64,000 nucleotides of DNA from Hyphomicrobiales bacterium (lineage in GTDB: Bacteria; Pseudomonadota; Alphaproteobacteria; Rhizobiales; OSC116), in assembly GCA_002401855.1 (NCBI GenBank), contig NVUH01000005.1, positions 69,969 to 133,968 of the forward strand, given 5' to 3'. Below the pieces are notes generated by a model, which saw only the letters and a program-made list of their open reading frames with translations, had not been told where the DNA came from and did no database searches. Within the stretch, counting starts at the first letter, position 1, and each line of letters begins with the position of its first letter. The translations under genes were made by a program, and so were the position numbers. Below, in pieces: positions 41,140 to 51,758 of this stretch.

Positions 41140-41796
41140 ATGCAATATACTTCTCTGCTCATCGCCTCGCTTGGCTTTTTTCTCATCCATTTTGTGTCGG
41201 CTACAAATCTGCGCGAAATGGTGATTAAAAAATGGGGTCAAAATGTGTGGATGATGTTGTTTTCAATCTTATCGCTAGGCTTTTTTGTTTGGATGGTGGT
41301 TGAGTATATGGGCGGCGGTCGTGTTGAAGATTTATGGGCTGTGCCGCGTTGGTGGTTGTGGGTTAATGCGGTTTTGATGTTTGTGGGGCTAGGTTTTATT
41401 GTTCTGGGTAATATACCTGATAAAGATGCGCGTTTGGGCAAGGGGATATTTGCCATTACTCGCCACCCGACCAATTGGGGTATGGCACTTTTTGCGTTTG
41501 CGCATATGGTTAGCAACCCCAATGTTGAGGCGCAATTGTTTTGGGGCTCGATTTTGGGCACGGGGGTGATCGGTTCTTATTTGCTGGATAGGCGCAAGCT
41601 TAAGACGGGTGGCGAACGTTGGGTAGATGCACCCCAACATTCGAGTTGGGTGCCCTTTTGGGCGATGATAAAAGGCCGTACCACGCTTGGGGCTGAGGAT
41701 TTTAAATTGTTGCCCGTGGCGGTGGCGGTGGCGGTGTTTTTTGTGGCGATGATTATACATGTGGCATTTTTTGGCACTTATATATTACCCTTGTGA
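41140..41796 (+). CDS. NnrU-family membrane protein
   Basis: 218 aa, 5-6 TM helices, ITRHPTNWG motif. Confidence 0.6.
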   Translation: MQYTSLLIASLGFFLIHFVSATNLREMVIKKWGQNVWMMLFSILSLGFFVWMVVEYMGGGRVEDLWAVPRWWLWVNAVLMFVGLGFIVLGNIPDKDARLGKGIFAITRHPTNWGMALFAFAHMVSNPNVEAQLFWGSILGTGVIGSYLLDRRKLKTGGERWVDAPQHSSWVPFWAMIKGRTTLGAEDFKLLPVAVAVAVFFVAMIIHVAFFGTYILPL

Positions 41797-41876
41797 GGGC
41801 GTGAAAATTCGGCTAGATTGTTAATAATGAATTGCAACAAATGAATTTTTAACCAAATTATTTTATGGGATGAATT

Positions 41877-43280
41877 ATGCCTGCTTTTACTCAAGATTGG
41901 ATTGACTGGATTGATGAAAATGTTAATTCGGGGATGAATAAAGATGGAATTTTTAAAATTCTGTTGGAAAATGGTTATGAACATGAGCAAATAAAGACGC
42001 AAATGAAGCATGAGCCTGCACAAAAAATACCTAGCCAGAGCGTGGGTAAATTTCATATTGGTAAGAAGGTGGTTGACGAAAAGCTATTGCCGCCGGTTAT
42101 AAGCATTGAAGGCGGGACGCGGCTTGATACAGATAAAGCCGAATTTTATCTGATTGAGAATTTTTTGAATGAAGAGGAATGTGCAACAATCATTGAAAAA
42201 ATTCAAGATCATTTGCGGCCTTCATTGATGGTTGACCATGATACCAAAAAAAGTTCATTTCGCACCAGTCGTACATGTGATATGGGGGCGTTGAATGACC
42301 CCTTTATCAATATGATTGATGAAAGAATTTGCCAAACTATCGGCATTGATGCGGCGTTTTCTGAAGCCATTCAAGGCCAATTTTATGAGGTTGGGCAAGA
42401 ATTTAAAGCTCATACTGATTTTTTCGAAAAAAATGAATTGCCTGATCATGACAATGGTTACGGTCAGCGGAGTTTTACGTTTTTTATCTATCTGAACGAG
42501 GTGGAAGAGGGCGGCCATACTGATTTTCCGATGCTTGGTGTGACCGGCGTTCCCAAGATTGGTGACGCGCTGATTTGGAATAGTCTTAACGCTGATGGCT
42601 CGTGCAATTATAACACTTTGCACCATGGCATGCCTGTGCGTAAGGGTTGGAAAGCGGTGATTACTAAATGGTTTAGGCTTAAATCACCGACAAAATCATT
42701 TGATCAACGCTTGACTAAAACTGACAATGAAAAGATTAAGCCGATTACTGATATTGGTTTTAAAGTGGAAAAATTGGATGAGTTGCTGCATGAGAAAATT
42801 CTGAATCATTATGAAATCAATGAGGTTTATAAAAAAGACGAAACCGTTGAAGGTGATTTTATCACCAATGATGAAGACAAGGCCAAGCAAGCGCCAAGCA
42901 CATTGACCAATTTATCGGCACGGTTGAAAAAAGAAATTCATGATTATCTGAAACCGAAATTGGAAGAATGGTCGGGCGTGGAATTGGAGCCTACCTTTGT
43001 ATATGGCATTCGTACTTATAATGAAGGCGCTAAATTGCGGGCGCATCGCGACCGTTTGGATACGCATATTATAAGCTGTATTATTAATATATATCAGGAT
43101 GTTGATGAAGATTGGCCGCTGCAAATTGATGACCATCATTACCGTACGCATGACATTGTTATGCAGCCTGGTGATATGGTGTTTTATGAGGGCGCGCGGT
43201 TGCAACATGGCCGTGAGATACCGTTAAAGGGGCGGGCTTTTGCCAATATCTTCTGCCATTTTAAGCCAGTTAATGCTTAA
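41877..43280 (+). CDS. Two-domain 2-oxoglutarate/Fe(II)-dependent oxygenase (prolyl 4-hydroxylase-like + second 2OG-like domain)
   Basis: Domain 1: HTDFF...GGHTDFP...HHGMPV..G.K (HxD...H...K/R). Domain 2: AHRDRLDTH...ARLQHGRE (HxD...H..R). Confidence 0.7.
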   Translation: MPAFTQDWIDWIDENVNSGMNKDGIFKILLENGYEHEQIKTQMKHEPAQKIPSQSVGKFHIGKKVVDEKLLPPVISIEGGTRLDTDKAEFYLIENFLNEEECATIIEKIQDHLRPSLMVDHDTKKSSFRTSRTCDMGALNDPFINMIDERICQTIGIDAAFSEAIQGQFYEVGQEFKAHTDFFEKNELPDHDNGYGQRSFTFFIYLNEVEEGGHTDFPMLGVTGVPKIGDALIWNSLNADGSCNYNTLHHGMPVRKGWKAVITKWFRLKSPTKSFDQRLTKTDNEKIKPITDIGFKVEKLDELLHEKILNHYEINEVYKKDETVEGDFITNDEDKAKQAPSTLTNLSARLKKEIHDYLKPKLEEWSGVELEPTFVYGIRTYNEGAKLRAHRDRLDTHIISCIINIYQDVDEDWPLQIDDHHYRTHDIVMQPGDMVFYEGARLQHGREIPLKGRAFANIFCHFKPVNA

Positions 43281-43323
43281 TTTGAGAGGTTATTAAGAGG
43301 CTAAATATCGGTTATTGGGGTAT

Positions 43324-43794
43324 TTAAATGAGCTTTTTACGCATGGTGATGTAAGTTGGGCGGGTATAGCCCGCGTGGCTATTTTGCGCGGTTGTGATGA
43401 AACCGATTCTTTCAAAGGCTTTGTGGTTATCGACTAGCTCTATACGGGTTTTAAGTTGGAGCCAGCCTTTGTTGTTTTCGTGGGCTAAATTATCGGCTAT
43501 TTTAAATATTTTATTGGCTATGCCTTGGCCGCGACGGTCTTGTGCTACAGCCACTTTACCAATATAGATTTGTTCTTTTTGTATATCAAAGAATGCGCAG
43601 GCGATGAGTGTTTCGTCATCATATACCACTAGTAGAATTTCTTTTTTGGCTTTTTTGCGCAGGTTGTCGGTGGTCATTTGATGTAGGGATGAGGGCGGAT
43701 TGATCAGCTCATCCATATAGGCGAAGCATTCGATTAATAATTTATGCAACTCTTGCCAATCAGTGAAGTCTGCAGGGTCTAGTATATATTTCAC
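43324..43794 (-). CDS. GNAT-family N-acetyltransferase
   Basis: 156 aa. VAQDRRGQGIANKIF acetyl-CoA motif. Overlaps the GST stop by 4 nt. Confidence 0.75.
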   Translation of the reverse strand: MKYILDPADFTDWQELHKLLIECFAYMDELINPPSSLHQMTTDNLRKKAKKEILLVVYDDETLIACAFFDIQKEQIYIGKVAVAQDRRGQGIANKIFKIADNLAHENNKGWLQLKTRIELVDNHKAFERIGFITTAQNSHAGYTRPTYITMRKKLI

Positions 43795-44384
43795 GACTTC
43801 GCCATTAGTATAGTCGGTGGTTGATAGTGCGGCAAGGCGTAGATGTTGTTTAACCAGCGTGCGATGTTGGGGAAGTCATTGATCTCGATGCCGACTTCAT
43901 CGAGCCAAAACATGTAGCCGCTGTTGCTTAAATCGGCAATGGTGAGGCTGTCGCCGACCAGATAATTTTTGCCGTCTAAATTTTTGTTGAGGATTTTTAG
44001 GTCAAACATGAGGCGACCCAACAGATAATCCATAACTTGTTGTGCGGGTTTTTGCCATATAAGGGCAAAGCGATAGTTGGGTAGACTGAAGCCAATGCGG
44101 TTGGCCTCCCAAGATAGCCATTCATCGACCTCGTGATTGCCGTTGTAAATGCCGGTTTTATCGGCTAAATGCTGCAATATGGCGTTAGATTGGCAGATCG
44201 TTAGGTCGCCATCGATTAGCACTGGCACTTCGCCATGCTTGGCGGCGGCCATAAAATCGGCAGGGCGGTCTTTGCGGCCTAACATTAAATCTACATATAT
44301 ATATTCATGTTCGATTTGGGCGAGGGCTAGGAAAAGACGCACTTTGTATGAGTGGCCAGATTGGTCGCTGCCATACAATTTCAT
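43791..44384 (-). CDS. Glutathione S-transferase family protein
   Basis: 197 aa. Thioredoxin-like N-domain (GEVPVLIDGDLTICQSNAILQHL) plus a helical C-domain. Confidence 0.8.
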   Translation of the reverse strand: MKLYGSDQSGHSYKVRLFLALAQIEHEYIYVDLMLGRKDRPADFMAAAKHGEVPVLIDGDLTICQSNAILQHLADKTGIYNGNHEVDEWLSWEANRIGFSLPNYRFALIWQKPAQQVMDYLLGRLMFDLKILNKNLDGKNYLVGDSLTIADLSNSGYMFWLDEVGIEINDFPNIARWLNNIYALPHYQPPTILMAKS

Positions 44385-44695
44385 TTTAGAAGCTCCGATA
44401 TGTTTGCTAAGGATTGATTAACTGCCGTATGGTCAGGTTTGTAAAAAACCCAGTTTTTAAGTTTTTTATGGGTGACTAAACCTGCATCGGCCAATATGCC
44501 CATATGTTTGGTGACGGTGGGTTGGCTGAGGCCAATTTTGGTGGCGATGGAACCCACACACACGCCATCATCGACCAAATCACCATCTGATTGCGGCGGA
44601 AAATGCGGCAGAGGGTCGGCAATCCACTGCATAATTTGCAGTCTATTCTCATTGGCTAGGGCGCTCAAAATTTTTAGGCTTGACTTGTTTTTCAT
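44381..44695 (-). CDS. ArsR-type helix-turn-helix regulator
   Basis: 104 aa. LSALANENRLQIMQWI...LSQPTVTKHMGIL. 4-nt overlap with the GST gene. Confidence 0.8.
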   Translation of the reverse strand: MKNKSSLKILSALANENRLQIMQWIADPLPHFPPQSDGDLVDDGVCVGSIATKIGLSQPTVTKHMGILADAGLVTHKKLKNWVFYKPDHTAVNQSLANISELLK

Positions 44696-44696
44696 A

Positions 44697-44753
44697 TCTA
44701 TATAGTTCTATAGCTATATAGCTTAAAGGCTATATTGTTAAATGTCTATATAC
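44697..44753. promoter_or_regulatory. Cluster of CTATAT(A/T)G palindromic boxes in the divergent ArsR/EamA promoter region
   Basis: TCTATATAG (44697-44705), perfect 10-bp palindrome GCTATATAGC (~44713-44722), GGCTATATTG, GTCTATATAC. Confidence 0.45.
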
Positions 44754-44799
44754 ATCATAAAATTTACCGACAATTTGTCAACATATAGGTAGGGAAGTT

Positions 44800-45681
44800 A
44801 TGCCAGTTAAAGATTTTATATATGCCGTTGTTATTATGGCGGTATGGGGAGTTAATTTCTCGGTCATTAAATTGGGCATGGCAAGTTTGGATAGTTTTAC
44901 GTTGAATGGTTTGCGGTTTTTGTTATGTGCTTTTCCGCTGGTGTTTTTTGTTAAGAAGCCAGACCTTGCATGGAAGTATATCGCGGCTTATGGCTTGCTG
45001 TTTGGTGTGGGTGTGTGGGGCATGGTCGGGTTGGGCATACATTTTGGTGCCTCGGCGGGCATTGCTTCGTTGATTATTCAGCTAAGTGCGTTTGCGGTGA
45101 TTGTTATGGGGGCGGTGATTTTTAAAGAGCGGCTGAATAAAGGCCATTATATTGGGCTTGGTTTGGCGCTTATTGGCTTGTTGTTGATTGCCAGTGTTGG
45201 CGATGGTAGCGTAACTTTGTTGGGCATGGCATTGGTTATGGTGGCGGCTTTATGCTTAAGCGCCTCGATTATTATGTTTAAATATTTAAAGGTTAAACAA
45301 ATGTTTGGCTTGCTGGTTTGGTCTAGTTTATTTTCGCCCATTCCGCTGTTTGCTATTGCATATTTTTTGCATGGCAGTGAGGTCTTTACCGATTTATGGG
45401 GCAATCTTACGGCGTTGACTATTTTTTCTTTATTGTTTCAAGCCTATCCGACGACTTTATTGGGGCGGTTGATATTTAACAATATGATTGTCAAATATCC
45501 AATGGCCATCACCATGTCTATCAGCTTTTTGGTGCCGATATTTGGCTTGCTGGGCTCTTACATTATTTTTGATGAGCAGATTGGTGCGATTAAAATTATC
45601 TCCTGTGCTTTGATTATATTGGGTTTGCTGATCAGCACGTTTTGGCAGCAGCTGCGCAAGTTTTTACCAGCCTCATCGTAG
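44800..45681 (+). CDS. EamA/DMT-family transporter
   Basis: 293 aa, ten predicted TM helices, two EamA-like halves. Confidence 0.8.
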   Translation: MPVKDFIYAVVIMAVWGVNFSVIKLGMASLDSFTLNGLRFLLCAFPLVFFVKKPDLAWKYIAAYGLLFGVGVWGMVGLGIHFGASAGIASLIIQLSAFAVIVMGAVIFKERLNKGHYIGLGLALIGLLLIASVGDGSVTLLGMALVMVAALCLSASIIMFKYLKVKQMFGLLVWSSLFSPIPLFAIAYFLHGSEVFTDLWGNLTALTIFSLLFQAYPTTLLGRLIFNNMIVKYPMAITMSISFLVPIFGLLGSYIIFDEQIGAIKIISCALIILGLLISTFWQQLRKFLPASS

Positions 45682-45766
45682 TTTTTAGCTGGTTTAGGGG
45701 TGTTTTTTTTGTGCTATTGGGGGCGTTATGTGGGGTACATTATTGTCAAAAAAACCAAAACGTAAT

Positions 45767-46342
45767 CTATAATTTGGCTTGGGCTATTTGATCTTCAATA
45801 TATGTGCCGGCAATTTTGCTAATGCGGGTGACTTCTTCTTCGGATAAATCTCGACTTGCCATGCCAATATAGGCGTTATAGATAATCTCGGCTAAAAAGC
45901 TGGCTAGGGCTGGTTCAACATTCATTTCATTTAGTAATTTATTTACAAATTTAACGCGTTCCAGATCTATCTGCTTTATTATATCTGCGGCTTTGGGGCT
46001 GGATTTGCTCCAAATGCGGATGGCCATTTCAGTGAATTTTCCGCCATATTTGGCGTCCACATCTTTGGCTGTGAGATTTAATAGCGCTGAAAGCTGATTG
46101 TTGGGATTGGTTTTCTCTTGCTCAATAAGCTCAATAATGTCGTTGGTGCTTTTTTGGTACCAAAGCTCTAACATGGCATCTAAAAGTTCGGCTCGATTTT
46201 TAAAATGCCAATAAAAACTACCACGGGTGAGGCCAATTTTTTTGGATATACGGTCAACCCGCACGCTGTCTATGCCGCCTTCTGATAGCATTTGAAAACC
46301 TGCTTCTATCCAAGCAATTTTATTCGAACCTTTATCAATCAT
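45767..46342 (-). CDS. TetR/AcrR-family transcriptional regulator
   Basis: N-terminal HTH VRVDRISKKIGLTRGSFYWHFKNRAELL. Confidence 0.85.
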   Translation of the reverse strand: MIDKGSNKIAWIEAGFQMLSEGGIDSVRVDRISKKIGLTRGSFYWHFKNRAELLDAMLELWYQKSTNDIIELIEQEKTNPNNQLSALLNLTAKDVDAKYGGKFTEMAIRIWSKSSPKAADIIKQIDLERVKFVNKLLNEMNVEPALASFLAEIIYNAYIGMASRDLSEEEVTRISKIAGTYIEDQIAQAKL

Positions 46343-46380
46343 GTTTGGCCATTTCGATTGTCGCTATATTCTTATATTAA

Positions 46381-46396
46381 AATACACATGTGTATT
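46381..46396. promoter_or_regulatory. Perfect 16-bp palindrome, candidate TetR operator
   Basis: AATACACATGTGTATT, 39 bp upstream of the tetR-family start codon. Confidence 0.5.
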
Positions 46397-46493
46397 GGTT
46401 TGTGTCAATATTCGAATTGTTTATTTTGCATGCACTTATGTATTTCAAATAAAGGAAGACATAAAATTAGAATAGAATTTAGGCGTATTTGCG

Positions 46494-46703
46494 GTGATTG
46501 CAATTTATGCCGTTTTCGCTCAAGACACTCGGCCTGAATATTCTGCGGTTTTTTATCTGTCTATTTGCCTGCTCAACGCGCTGTTTGCTATTGTTACGAC
46601 ATTTTACGGCAAACTGGTTTATGGTAAATTTCGTGTGTCGTCGCAATGGTTATTCTTCTGGCCGATAAGCATTACTTCGTTTTTGGCGTTTATAAGCATG
46701 TGA
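46494..46703 (+). CDS. Possible small membrane protein
   Basis: 69-aa ORF (GTG start) with two hydrophobic segments, divergent from the TetR gene. No family recognised. Confidence 0.25.
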   Translation: MIAIYAVFAQDTRPEYSAVFYLSICLLNALFAIVTTFYGKLVYGKFRVSSQWLFFWPISITSFLAFISM

Positions 46704-46753
46704 TTGGTTATTTAAACGTGGAAATTTGGCGCAAGCTCTGATATGAGAGCATT

Positions 46754-48559
46754 ATGACAGATTATGATATTGATAAAATCCGCAATTTTTCCATTGTTGC
46801 ACATATTGACCACGGTAAATCGACCCTTGCTGACCGCTTGATTCAGCTTACGGGCGGGCTAGAAGAGCGCGAAATGCAAGAGCAAGTGCTTGACAGTATG
46901 GACATTGAGCGTGAACGCGGCATTACCATTAAAGCCCAAACTGTGCGCTTGGATTATACGGCCAATGACGGTGAAACATATATCTTGAATTTAATTGACA
47001 CACCAGGCCATGTGGATTTTGCCTATGAGGTGAGCCGTTCATTGGCGGCGTGCGAAGGTTCGCTTTTGGTGGTGGATGCATCGCAAGGCGTTGAGGCGCA
47101 AACTCTGGCTAATGTTTATAAAGCCATCGAGAATGACCATGAATTGGTGACGGTGCTGAATAAGATTGATTTGCCAGCTGCAGAGCCTGAACGGATTAAG
47201 CTGCAAATCGAAGATGTGATTGGCATTGATACATCTGAAGCAGTTGAAGTTTCGGCCAAAACTGGCTTTGGCATTCCTGATGTTTTGGAAGCTATCGTAA
47301 AACAATTGCCTGCGCCAAAAGGTGACATTAATGCCCCGCTCAAAGCCTCGCTGGTTGACTCATGGTATGACCAATATCTTGGCGTTGTGGTGCTGGTGCG
47401 GATCATTGATGGGGTGATGAAAAAAGGCCAACGGGTTAAAATGATGGGCGCTGGTAGCACGCATTTGATTGATCGTTTGGGTGTGTTCCGCCCCAAGCAA
47501 GAAATGTTTGACGAGTTGAGACCTGGCGAAATTGGGTTTTTTACGGCAGCAATTAAAGAAGTGGCTGATACAAGGGTGGGTGATACAATCACTGACCTTA
47601 AAGAGCCATGTGCTGAGGCGATTACTGGCTTTAAACCTGCGCAACCTGTGGTGTTTTGTGGTCTCTTCCCGGTTGATAGCAGCGAGTTTGAAGCTCTGCG
47701 TGAAGCGATGGCGAGGCTGCGGCTTAATGATGCTAGCTTTGAATATGAGATGGAATCATCGGCGGCTTTGGGCTTTGGCTTTCGCTGTGGTTTTCTTGGC
47801 TTGTTGCATATGGAGATTATTCGCGATCGGTTGGAGCGTGAATTTAACATTGAGCTGATCACCACGGCGCCGAGCGTTATTTATGAATTGCATATGACTG
47901 ATGGCACCATGCAAATATTGCACAACCCTGCCGATATGCCCGATGTGATGAGCATTGACCATATTGAAGAGCCGTGGATTGAGGCGACAATATTGGTGCC
48001 TGATGAATATTTGGGTAGTGTTTTAAAACTTTGCCAAGACCGGCGCGGCATTCAGAAAGATCTGACTTATGTTGGCTCGCGCGCCATGCTGGTTTATGAA
48101 ATGCCGTTGAATGAGGTGGTGATTGATTTTTATGATCGGTTGAAATCTATCAGTCGTGGTTATGCGAGTTTTGATTATAGCTTAACTGGGTATCGGGAAG
48201 AAAATCTGGTTCGGATGAGCATTTTAATTAATGAAGAGCCTGTTGATGCGTTGGCGACTGTTGTGCATGCTGGCCGCGCCGAAAGCCGTGGCCGTGCAAT
48301 GTGTGAAAAACTAAAAGAAATGATACCGCGTCATTTGTTTAAAATACCGATTCAAGCGGCGCTTGGTGGTCGGATTATTGCGCGTGAAACCATTGCGGCT
48401 ATGCGTAAAGACGTGACCGCTAAATGTTATGGTGGTGATATTAGTCGTAAGCGTAAACTGCTTGATAAGCAGAAAAAAGGTAAGAAGAAAATGCGCCAAT
48501 TTGGGCGTGTGGAAATTCCGCAAGAGGCGTTTATTAATGCGCTTAAGATGGATGACTAA
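46754..48559 (+). CDS. lepA: Translation elongation factor 4 (LepA)
   Basis: 601 aa. [14 protein letters not shown] and NKID GTPase motifs. LepA C-terminal domain. Confidence 0.95.
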   Translation: MTDYDIDKIRNFSIVAHIDHGKSTLADRLIQLTGGLEEREMQEQVLDSMDIERERGITIKAQTVRLDYTANDGETYILNLIDTPGHVDFAYEVSRSLAACEGSLLVVDASQGVEAQTLANVYKAIENDHELVTVLNKIDLPAAEPERIKLQIEDVIGIDTSEAVEVSAKTGFGIPDVLEAIVKQLPAPKGDINAPLKASLVDSWYDQYLGVVVLVRIIDGVMKKGQRVKMMGAGSTHLIDRLGVFRPKQEMFDELRPGEIGFFTAAIKEVADTRVGDTITDLKEPCAEAITGFKPAQPVVFCGLFPVDSSEFEALREAMARLRLNDASFEYEMESSAALGFGFRCGFLGLLHMEIIRDRLEREFNIELITTAPSVIYELHMTDGTMQILHNPADMPDVMSIDHIEEPWIEATILVPDEYLGSVLKLCQDRRGIQKDLTYVGSRAMLVYEMPLNEVVIDFYDRLKSISRGYASFDYSLTGYREENLVRMSILINEEPVDALATVVHAGRAESRGRAMCEKLKEMIPRHLFKIPIQAALGGRIIARETIAAMRKDVTAKCYGGDISRKRKLLDKQKKGKKKMRQFGRVEIPQEAFINALKMDD

Positions 48560-48564
48560 ACGAG

Positions 48565-48985
48565 ATTTTCTGAGTTGGTTGTAAATAGACAGTTGGCTGG
48601 TCGTTGAGGCTCTGGAAGTTTGCATTTTTTCGTTCGGCTTCGCCTCGCTTTTTATCGTTCGCGTTGCTCTCTATAAGCACTAGCGTGCGTTCGCTCCGCT
48701 CTCTAGCTAAGCCACTCAGCCGCTGGTCGGATGCGAATTCACCACCCCAATCAACTACATTACGCTTAGTAAGCTAGAGTTTGACGAAGCACCGAGTATA
48801 GGTGCCATATAATTTACTCATTGTGCTTTTCGTGGAAAAAAAGCCCGAACCCGTAGGGTGAGGCAAGCGCGACTGCGCGTCGCCGTTAGGCGTGGCAAGA
48901 GAGCGGAGTGAACGCACGCAGTGTTTATAGAGAGCAACGCGAACGACAAAAGAGAGGCGAAGCCGAACGTAAAAATGCAGAGACA
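48565..48985 (+). repeat. Repeat-family locus F (full element) between lepA and the LacI gene
   Basis: Junction 48610-48624. ~82-nt inverted arms (48621-48703 vs 48899-48980, ~90 percent complementary by eye) carry the core at 48677-48703 and the inverted core at 48899-48923. ~195-nt centre. Confidence 0.95.
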
Positions 48986-48987
48986 CA

Positions 48988-50058
48988 TCAGTGTCTCGAG
49001 CCGCCAAAGGCGAGGGCGCTGCGGCGGGGGGGTGAGCAGGAGTTTCGCACTACCAATTCGCCGTGCAATAAGGTTATTTCGGTATTTTGGCTGCGGTTGA
49101 CGATTGAATCTAGTAGACGGGTCATGGCGATTTTGCCGATCATGGCGCGGGGTTGGCGGATGGTGGTTATTGATGGGGTGAAATGGTTGGAGAAGGGGAT
49201 GTCATCGAAGCCGATGACTGAAAAATCTTTTGGCACATTGAAGCCGCGTGATTGTAGGGCGCTGATCACGCCGATGGCGGTGTCATCATTAAAACAGGCA
49301 AAGGCGGTGGGTAATGTATCGCGGATGAATAGGCGTTCGACGGCGGCGCGGCCGCCTTCGGCAGTGCCGTTGCTGCTGACATTCCAAAAGAATTTTTCGC
49401 CAAAACGTTGTAAAAGGGCGTTTTTATAGCCCGTATAGCGCAATTCTGAAATTACATCGCCTTGTGGGCCAGCGATATAGGCAATGTCTTGATGGCCTAG
49501 GGATATTAAATATTCAGTGGCCATTCTATAGCTGGTTAAATCGTCCACCCCAACATAGTTAATCTCGCTATGGTCTATAGGGCGCATGGCCGTCACCATA
49601 GGCGGAAAAGTGCTGACTTGGCTGCGTGGCCAACCTGCTACGGGCAGGTGACCTGTTAATAAAATCATGCCATCGGCTATACCTGTGGAGAGAAAACGTA
49701 AATATTTTGCCTCTAATTCTGCATCGGAATCGGTGTTGCCGATCAGCACGCCATAGCCGCGTTCGTTTGCGGCTTTTTCTAGGCCGATTAGAAGACCTGA
49801 AAAATTTGAATCTGCAATAGATTGGGTCAATACTAAAACCATTTGTGAGCGTTGTTTGCGCAGGTTTTGTGCCATGGCATTGGCGATGTAACCCGTGCGA
49901 GCTATGGCACTCATCACTTTTTTCTTGGTGGTTTCGGCAACTTTTTCGGGCTTGGAAATGGCACGGCTTACCGTGGCGATGGACACGCCAGCAATTTTGG
50001 CAACATCTTCGATTGTTGCGGTTTTTTTTGTAAACTCATCCACCAATTCTGCGTCCAA
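48988..50058 (-). CDS. LacI-family transcriptional regulator
   Basis: N-terminal HTH TIEDVAKIAGVSIATVSRAI. Periplasmic-binding-protein-like core. Confidence 0.9.
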   Translation of the reverse strand: MDAELVDEFTKKTATIEDVAKIAGVSIATVSRAISKPEKVAETTKKKVMSAIARTGYIANAMAQNLRKQRSQMVLVLTQSIADSNFSGLLIGLEKAANERGYGVLIGNTDSDAELEAKYLRFLSTGIADGMILLTGHLPVAGWPRSQVSTFPPMVTAMRPIDHSEINYVGVDDLTSYRMATEYLISLGHQDIAYIAGPQGDVISELRYTGYKNALLQRFGEKFFWNVSSNGTAEGGRAAVERLFIRDTLPTAFACFNDDTAIGVISALQSRGFNVPKDFSVIGFDDIPFSNHFTPSITTIRQPRAMIGKIAMTRLLDSIVNRSQNTEITLLHGELVVRNSCSPPRRSALAFGGSRH

Positions 50059-50134
50059 TTTATTGTGTGTGTATAGCCATTTAATATCAGTCTGTTGATT
50101 AGACTAGTAACGTAATTGCTATTTTTTTAAAAGA

Positions 50135-50170
50135 GTAAACGTTTACATTTTTGTTGTGTAAACCTTTACA
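50135..50170. promoter_or_regulatory. Two LacI-type operator palindromes
   Basis: Perfect GTAAACGTTTAC (50135-50146) and imperfect TGTAAACCTTTACA (50157-50170), 23 bp centre to centre, between lacI-family and ABC operon starts. They fit the TGnAAnCGnTTnCA-type consensus. Confidence 0.6.
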
Positions 50171-50237
50171 TTGTGCATAATTGACCTTAAATATTGCGAA
50201 GAGAATGAGAGATTAAGTAGCGTCTGGGGAGAGAAGC

Positions 50238-51758
50238 TTGGTGTTAGAGGGTCAAATAACCACTGAAGTTATATTGGCAGCGGAGGGAGTGAGTAAGTCA
50301 TTCGGCTCGGTTGCGGTGCTGTTTAGCGTGGGTTTTGACCTGCGTAAGGGCGAGGTGCACGCGTTGATTGGTGAGAATGGGGCTGGCAAATCTACCCTGA
50401 TGAAAATACTTTCTGGTTTGCATCAACCTACATCTGGCACGGTTAAATTAGATGGACAGAAAATAGATTTACCACCTTTTGGCCAAGCTGAAGATTTGGG
50501 CGTTGTGCTTATTCATCAAGAATTAAATTTAGCTGAGCAACTGACGGTTGAGGAAAATGTTTTTCTTGGCCGCGAAATGGTCAATGGGTTGTTGCTTAAC
50601 CGCAAGGAAATGGAAGAAAAAGTTCAATTTTATTTGGATGAGTTGGGCGCTGATATTTCACCAAGAGATCGGATTTGTGATTTATCGATTGCTGAAAAGC
50701 AAATGGTTGAGATTGTTAAAGCCATGAGCCGTGATGCGCGGGTGTTGATTATGGATGAGCCGACTGCGGTGTTGACGGATACGGAAACACAACTTTTGTT
50801 TAACCAGATTGAAAAGCTTAAAAATAAGGGCGTGGCGATTATTTTTTCATCGCATAAGTTATCGGAAATTAAGCAAATTGCTGACCGGGTGACAGTGATG
50901 CGTGATGGGCAATGGATTGCCACAAAACAAACCGAAGCATTAACCCTTGATGCCATGGCACAGCTTATGGTGGGGCGTGAATTGTCTAAATTATACCCGC
51001 CTAAGAATGAAGTTGATGTTGATGCCGAAGTGGTTTTGGAAGTTAAAAACCTATATACCGATTATGTGAAAAATATTTCATTTCAGCTTAGAAAAGGTCA
51101 AATACTGGGCTTTTCGGGCTTGGTTGGCTCGGGTCGTACTGCGGTTTTTGAGGCCATTTGTGGCTTGGGTGAGATTAGGTCTGGCGAAGTTTTTCTACAT
51201 GGTAAAAAAACGCGACTTCACAGTGTGGCGCAAGCGCGTGATGCGGGTGTGGCTTATCTGACCAAAGACAGAAAAGAAAAAGGCCTGCTGCTTAACCAAA
51301 AAATGCAGCCCAATTTAACCTTGCTAGCATTGCCCAATTTTGTCAAAAACTTCTTGATGGATGATAAAGCTGAACAGCGTGCGACGGCTCGCGGTATCAG
51401 GCGGTTTGACATCAGAGCGCGAGATCGAAACATTACGGCTGGCGATATGTCGGGCGGCAATCAGCAGAAATTACTGTTGGCCAAGATTATGGAGATTAAC
51501 CCCAAAATTGTGATTATTGACGAGCCAACACGCGGGATTGATGTGGGTACCAAACAACAGATTTATAGTTTTATTGCGGCTTTGGCAGCTGATGGGATGT
51601 CGGTGGTGGTTATATCATCTGAAATGCCTGAAATTATCGGCATCTGCCACGAGGTGGTGGTGATGTATAGCGGCAGAATACAAGGTATTTTGCAGGGTGC
51701 AGAAATTAATGAAAGTGAAATCGTTCGCTATGCGTCTGGTTTAAGAGAGGCGAGTTGA
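50238..51758 (+). CDS. Sugar ABC transporter ATP-binding protein (two fused NBDs, RbsA/MglA type)
   Basis: Walker A GENGAGKST, signature MSGGNQQK, two ATPase halves. Start (TTG 50238 or GTG 50241) is uncertain. Confidence 0.9.
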   Translation: MVLEGQITTEVILAAEGVSKSFGSVAVLFSVGFDLRKGEVHALIGENGAGKSTLMKILSGLHQPTSGTVKLDGQKIDLPPFGQAEDLGVVLIHQELNLAEQLTVEENVFLGREMVNGLLLNRKEMEEKVQFYLDELGADISPRDRICDLSIAEKQMVEIVKAMSRDARVLIMDEPTAVLTDTETQLLFNQIEKLKNKGVAIIFSSHKLSEIKQIADRVTVMRDGQWIATKQTEALTLDAMAQLMVGRELSKLYPPKNEVDVDAEVVLEVKNLYTDYVKNISFQLRKGQILGFSGLVGSGRTAVFEAICGLGEIRSGEVFLHGKKTRLHSVAQARDAGVAYLTKDRKEKGLLLNQKMQPNLTLLALPNFVKNFLMDDKAEQRATARGIRRFDIRARDRNITAGDMSGGNQQKLLLAKIMEINPKIVIIDEPTRGIDVGTKQQIYSFIAALAADGMSVVVISSEMPEIIGICHEVVVMYSGRIQGILQGAEINESEIVRYASGLREAS

